Assembly (NCBI RefSeq): GCF_001194135.2
Contig: NC_069003.1
Span: forward strand, 24,682,186-24,716,340
Direction: 5' to 3'
DNA: 34,155 nucleotides
Origin: Octopus bimaculoides
Lineage: Eukaryota
The notes under the pieces were generated by a model that saw only the letters and a program-made list of their open reading frames with translations, was not told where the DNA came from and did no database searches. Below are positions 29,995-34,155 of this stretch, one piece after another; within the stretch, counting starts at the first letter, position 1; each line of letters opens with the position of its first letter. The position numbers and the translations under genes are program-made.

Positions 29995-30320
29995 CATGGC
30001 TCAGTGGTTAGAGCATTGAGCTCACAATCACGAGGTAGTGAGTTCGATTCCTGGACCAGGCCATGCACTGTGTTCTTGAGCAAGACACTTTATATCATTT
30101 TACTCCAGTTCACCCAGTTGTAGAAATGAGTTGCAACATTACTGGTGCCAAGCTGTATTGGCATTTTCCTATCCCTTGGATAACATCTGTGGTGTGGAGA
30201 GGAAAAGCTGGTATCCATGGGCAACTGCTGGTCTTCCATAAACAACCTTACCTGGACTTTTCGAGGGTAACTATCTAGGAGCAATCCCATGGTCATTCAT
30301 GACTGAAGGGCGCCTTTACT
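29995..30320 (+). mobile_element. tRNA-derived SINE related to family A
   Basis: TGGCTCAGTGGTTAGAGC (A box), GAGTTCGATTCC (B box), then GTGTTCTTGAGCAAGACACTT..CCAGTTCACCCAG core. Confidence 0.7.
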
Positions 30321-30348
30321 GTTTACCCTTTATATATATATATATATA

Positions 30349-30478
30349 TCATCATCATCATCATCATCATCGTTTAACGTCCGCCTTCCATGCTAGCATG
30401 GGTTGGACGATTTGACTGAGGACTGGTGAAACCGGATGGCAACACCAGGCTCCAATCTAATTTGGCAGAGTTTCTACA
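30349..30478 (-). mobile_element. RTE-LINE 3' end (family D, young), 5'-truncated
   Basis: About 115 nt with 4 differences from the reverse complement of 31430-31551. Confidence 0.8.
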
Positions 30479-30507
30479 TATATATATATTTATATACTGA
30501 ATATTAA

Positions 30508-31267
30508 NNNNNNNNNNNNNNNNNNNNNNNNNNNNNNNNNNNNNNNNNNNNNNNNNNNNNNNNNNNNNNNNNNNNNNNNNNNNNNNNNNNNNNNNNNNNN
30601 NNNNNNNNNNNNNNNNNNNNNNNNNNNNNNNNNNNNNNNNNNNNNNNNNNNNNNNNNNNNNNNNNNNNNNNNNNNNNNNNNNNNNNNNNNNNNNNNNNNN
30701 NNNNNNNNNNNNNNNNNNNNNNNNNNNNNNNNNNNNNNNNNNNNNNNNNNNNNNNNNNNNNNNNNNNNNNNNNNNNNNNNNNNNNNNNNNNNNNNNNNNN
30801 NNNNNNNNNNNNNNNNNNNNNNNNNNNNNNNNNNNNNNNNNNNNNNNNNNNNNNNNNNNNNNNNNNNNNNNNNNNNNNNNNNNNNNNNNNNNNNNNNNNN
30901 NNNNNNNNNNNNNNNNNNNNNNNNNNNNNNNNNNNNNNNNNNNNNNNNNNNNNNNNNNNNNNNNNNNNNNNNNNNNNNNNNNNNNNNNNNNNNNNNNNNN
31001 NNNNNNNNNNNNNNNNNNNNNNNNNNNNNNNNNNNNNNNNNNNNNNNNNNNNNNNNNNNNNNNNNNNNNNNNNNNNNNNNNNNNNNNNNNNNNNNNNNNN
31101 NNNNNNNNNNNNNNNNNNNNNNNNNNNNNNNNNNNNNNNNNNNNNNNNNNNNNNNNNNNNNNNNNNNNNNNNNNNNNNNNNNNNNNNNNNNNNNNNNNNN
31201 NNNNNNNNNNNNNNNNNNNNNNNNNNNNNNNNNNNNNNNNNNNNNNNNNNNNNNNNNNNNNNNNNNN
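30508..31267. other. Assembly gap
   Basis: Run of N. Confidence 1.
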
Positions 31268-31551
31268 CGTTGCCAGTGCCGCTAGACTGGCTCCTGTGCA
31301 GGTGGCATGTAAAATACACCATTTTGTCTGTGGCCATTGCCAGTACCGCCTGACTGGCCTTTGTACCGGTGGCACGTAAAAGCACACATTACACTCTCGG
31401 AGTGGTTGGCATTAAGAAGGGCATCCAGCTGTAGAAACTCTGCCAAATCAGATTGGAGCCTGGTGTTGCCATCTGGTTTCACCACTCCTCAGTCAAATCG
31501 TCCAACCCATGCTAGCATGGAAAGCGGACGTTAAACGATGATGATGATGAT
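31268..31551 (+). mobile_element. RTE-LINE 3' end (family D, young)
   Basis: Two GCCAGT-n8-ACTGGC units, core, palindrome 31507-31520, (GAT)n tail. Confidence 0.85.
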
Positions 31552-32507
31552 AATGGGATTTTTTAAAGCATTGAATGTTTATTAGGATCCAATAAAGTGA
31601 AATAGGAATCAAAGAGATCCATAAAATAGACAAAAAAATTGTTAACAACTGTATTAGAGGGAGGTAGAGAAAGAGAGACAGAGAGATAATACTAAAACTA
31701 TGCATACACACACTCGCAGATGCACATACAAGTGCATGCTCAATACAATGCATAACAATGATTCAAGTTGAGTTTGAATAAGAGATGAAACAGGCTACAA
31801 CATGTTCCTGTGGGTTAGGATGTTTGTTTTAAGAACACTCATTTTACTCACCGTATCACCCATTTATTTGCACTGCAGAATCTAAGACTAGATCAAGTCT
31901 TAGTAAAGCAGTAAAGCTAATTACACCCACACACTTAGACCACATGACACAGTCAGGCCATAGAGACACAGACATTCGACCCGCTAGAAACATCAGCCAA
32001 ATCTCCTTTCACTCATACCCCACCACCTTAGCAAAAAAAAAAAGAAAAAAGAAAAAAAAACACATACACTGCACAATGTGGTCTTGAGTTTCCCAAGCTC
32101 AGAGGGAAAAAGATGGGATGGTCATGGTTGAAATGTCTTTGATCATAGTTTTACTTGATTAGGGCTGATCTGAGGCTAAGTAACAACACCCACCACCACC
32201 GATCCATACCACATTTTACTCAAGGGCAATAAGTACTCCCCATACTCCTCACCACCACCACCACCATAACTGCTTATAGATCTTGTTACCCTAATTCTAA
32301 TTGATCTGTTATTATTATAGAACATTCCAGAAATACTTTTAGCGACCCATTTACCATAAATGGTCCATGTCTAATTGACTAGACATGTATAATGCACATC
32401 TTGGCTTTTCAGGCCCGAATGGTCTTAAAATCGCTAGAAAAACATGCATAACATGCATTGCTGCATAACTGCAATAAAAGTAAATAATCTCCTGTAAATC
32501 AACACCT

Positions 32508-32625
32508 TTTATCTTTTACTTGTTTCAATCATTAGACTGTGGCCATGCTGGGGCAGCACCCTAAAGAATTTTTTTTAGTCAAATGAATTGACCTCAGAAC
32601 TTATATTTTGTAAAGCCTGATACTT
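32508..32625 (-). mobile_element. SINE 3' tail fragment
   Basis: TTTTACTTGTTTCAATCATTAGACTGTGGCCATGCTGGGGCA is the reverse complement of the shared B/C tail. Confidence 0.65.
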
Positions 32626-32682
32626 ATTTTATATAACAGATATGTTTTTAATATTTAAAATAAACTCAACCACAAAACAATA

Positions 32683-33090
32683 GGCACAGGAGTGGCTGCG
32701 TGGTAAGGAGTTTGCTTACCAACCAAATGCTTCCTAGTTCAGTCCCACTGCGTGGCACCTTGGGCAAGTAGCTTCTACTATAGCCTCGGGCCGACCAAAG
32801 CCTTGAGTGGATTTGGTAGACGGAAACTGAAAGAAGCCTGTCGTATATATGTATATATATATATATGTATGTATGTGTGTGTGTTTGTGTGTCTGTGTTT
32901 GTCCCCACCACCATCGCTTGACAACCAATGCTGGTGTGTTTACGTCCCCGTAACTTAGCGGTTCGGCAAAAAGAGACCGATAGAATAATAAGTACTAGGC
33001 TTACAAAGAATAAGTCCTGGGGTCGATTTGCTCGACTAAAGGCAGTGCTCCAGCATGGCCGCAGTCAAATGACTGAAACAAGTAAAAGGG
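32683..33090 (+). mobile_element. SINE family C, full length
   Basis: GGCACAGGAGTGGCTGCGTGGTAAG head through GACTGAAACAAGTAAAAG tail; best preserved copy. Confidence 0.85.
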
Positions 33091-33679
33091 TAAGAGTATA
33101 TTAAGATCTAAAATAAATAATAGCCCTTTATTACTTTTTTGTTTTTACTGAAGCCTATCATCCCAGGGCGTTGGGAGATAAGATTTTAAAGTGCACAGCC
33201 CTCAAATAAAAAGAAAATATTGACTGTAAACTACAAAAAAAAAAAAAAGAAATTCTCTCAAAATTGAGAATATTTCATGGAATTGGTAATCTGTGAATTT
33301 CATAGGAACGAAGCATCACTACTATCTTACTATAATCAGCTGATTGAGAACCACACCCTCTTTATAAAAGACTTTCCATCCGAAATCTTCAATTGACTTG
33401 AAGACAGCTTTCTGATACATTTGTTTAACCCTTTACCATTCAGATTACTCCCTCAAATGTAATGCTTGGGTTTTGAGGCCCAAATTGTCTTAATATCCCT
33501 AAAAAACCATGTATGACATGAAGTGCTGCATAACTGCAATGAAAGGAAATCATCTTGTATAAATCAACCCCTTTTATCCGGAACTAAAACATTCATTGTG
33601 GAAACCAACAGTGGAACCACCACTACGACCACCACCATCATCACTACTACAATGGCTAACATCTAAATTCACATACATA

Positions 33680-33905
33680 CACACTTACACACTTACACAC
33701 ACACACACACACACAGCTCATTCTTTGACATATATAAACTGTTCATGTACACACAAAACAACACACTTTAAACACTTAAACACACACCCCAACAGCTGAT
33801 CCCGCACATTCTCACTCATACTCTTTCTCTGTCTCACTCTCTCAAGAAATGCATTCACTAATACAGCAATTCATACACACAGTACTAATACTACCGTTTT
33901 CTCTA

Positions 33906-33939
<34 letters not shown>

Positions 33940-34155
33940 ACTCACACACACACACACACACAGCACTAATACAACTGTTCTCTCACTTTCTCTCTCCCTC
34001 CCTTTCTCTCCCCCCTCTCTCTCTCACACACACACAACACTAATACTATTCTCATACACACACACACACACACACACACACAACACTAATACTATTCTCA
34101 TAACACACACACACACACACACACAACACTAATACTATTCCCATACACACGCACA
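33680..34155. repeat. Compound (CA)n/(CT)n microsatellite with a recurring ACAACACTAATACTATTCTCATA unit
   Basis: Unit seen at about 34033, 34081 and 34124, with variants near 33880 and 33960; runs to window end. Confidence 0.9.

Noticed and set aside
32340-32375. GPF-encoding stretch as the next upstream EXTL3 exon
   Set aside because: Neighbouring codons do not match the expected ..PFDP.LPS.AKF sequence and no suitable donor follows.

Overview
AT-rich, intron- and repeat-rich eukaryotic genomic DNA with six N gaps. The SINE/LINE content looks like a coleoid cephalopod such as Octopus (inference from recalled repeat motifs). Two genes converge tail-to-tail. (1) A complete ADRM1/Rpn13 proteasomal ubiquitin receptor on +, with 10 coding exons from 4087 to 22090. 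All introns are GT-AG, phases are consistent, and the CDS is 1206 nt = 401 aa, including a 24-nt microexon. (2) The last six coding exons (GT64 domain) of an exostosin-like 3 (EXTL3) gene on -, from 29806 to 22868; upstream exons lie outside the window or in a gap. The stop codons are 777 bp apart, with back-to-back AATAAA signals between them. Introns and intergenic DNA hold tRNA-derived SINEs (three head types), many RTE-LINE 3' ends with (GAT)n tails, RT remnants, two mariner remnants, a probable solo LTR, piggyBac-like MITEs and micro/minisatellites. Items most worth a second look: a perfect 24-bp intronic hairpin, a partial exon copy fused in frame to a LINE RT fragment, a minimal hammerhead-like motif, the microexon, a CpG-rich 25-bp hairpin minisatellite and several inverted repeat pairs. 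No evidence of a wholly new gene system was found.
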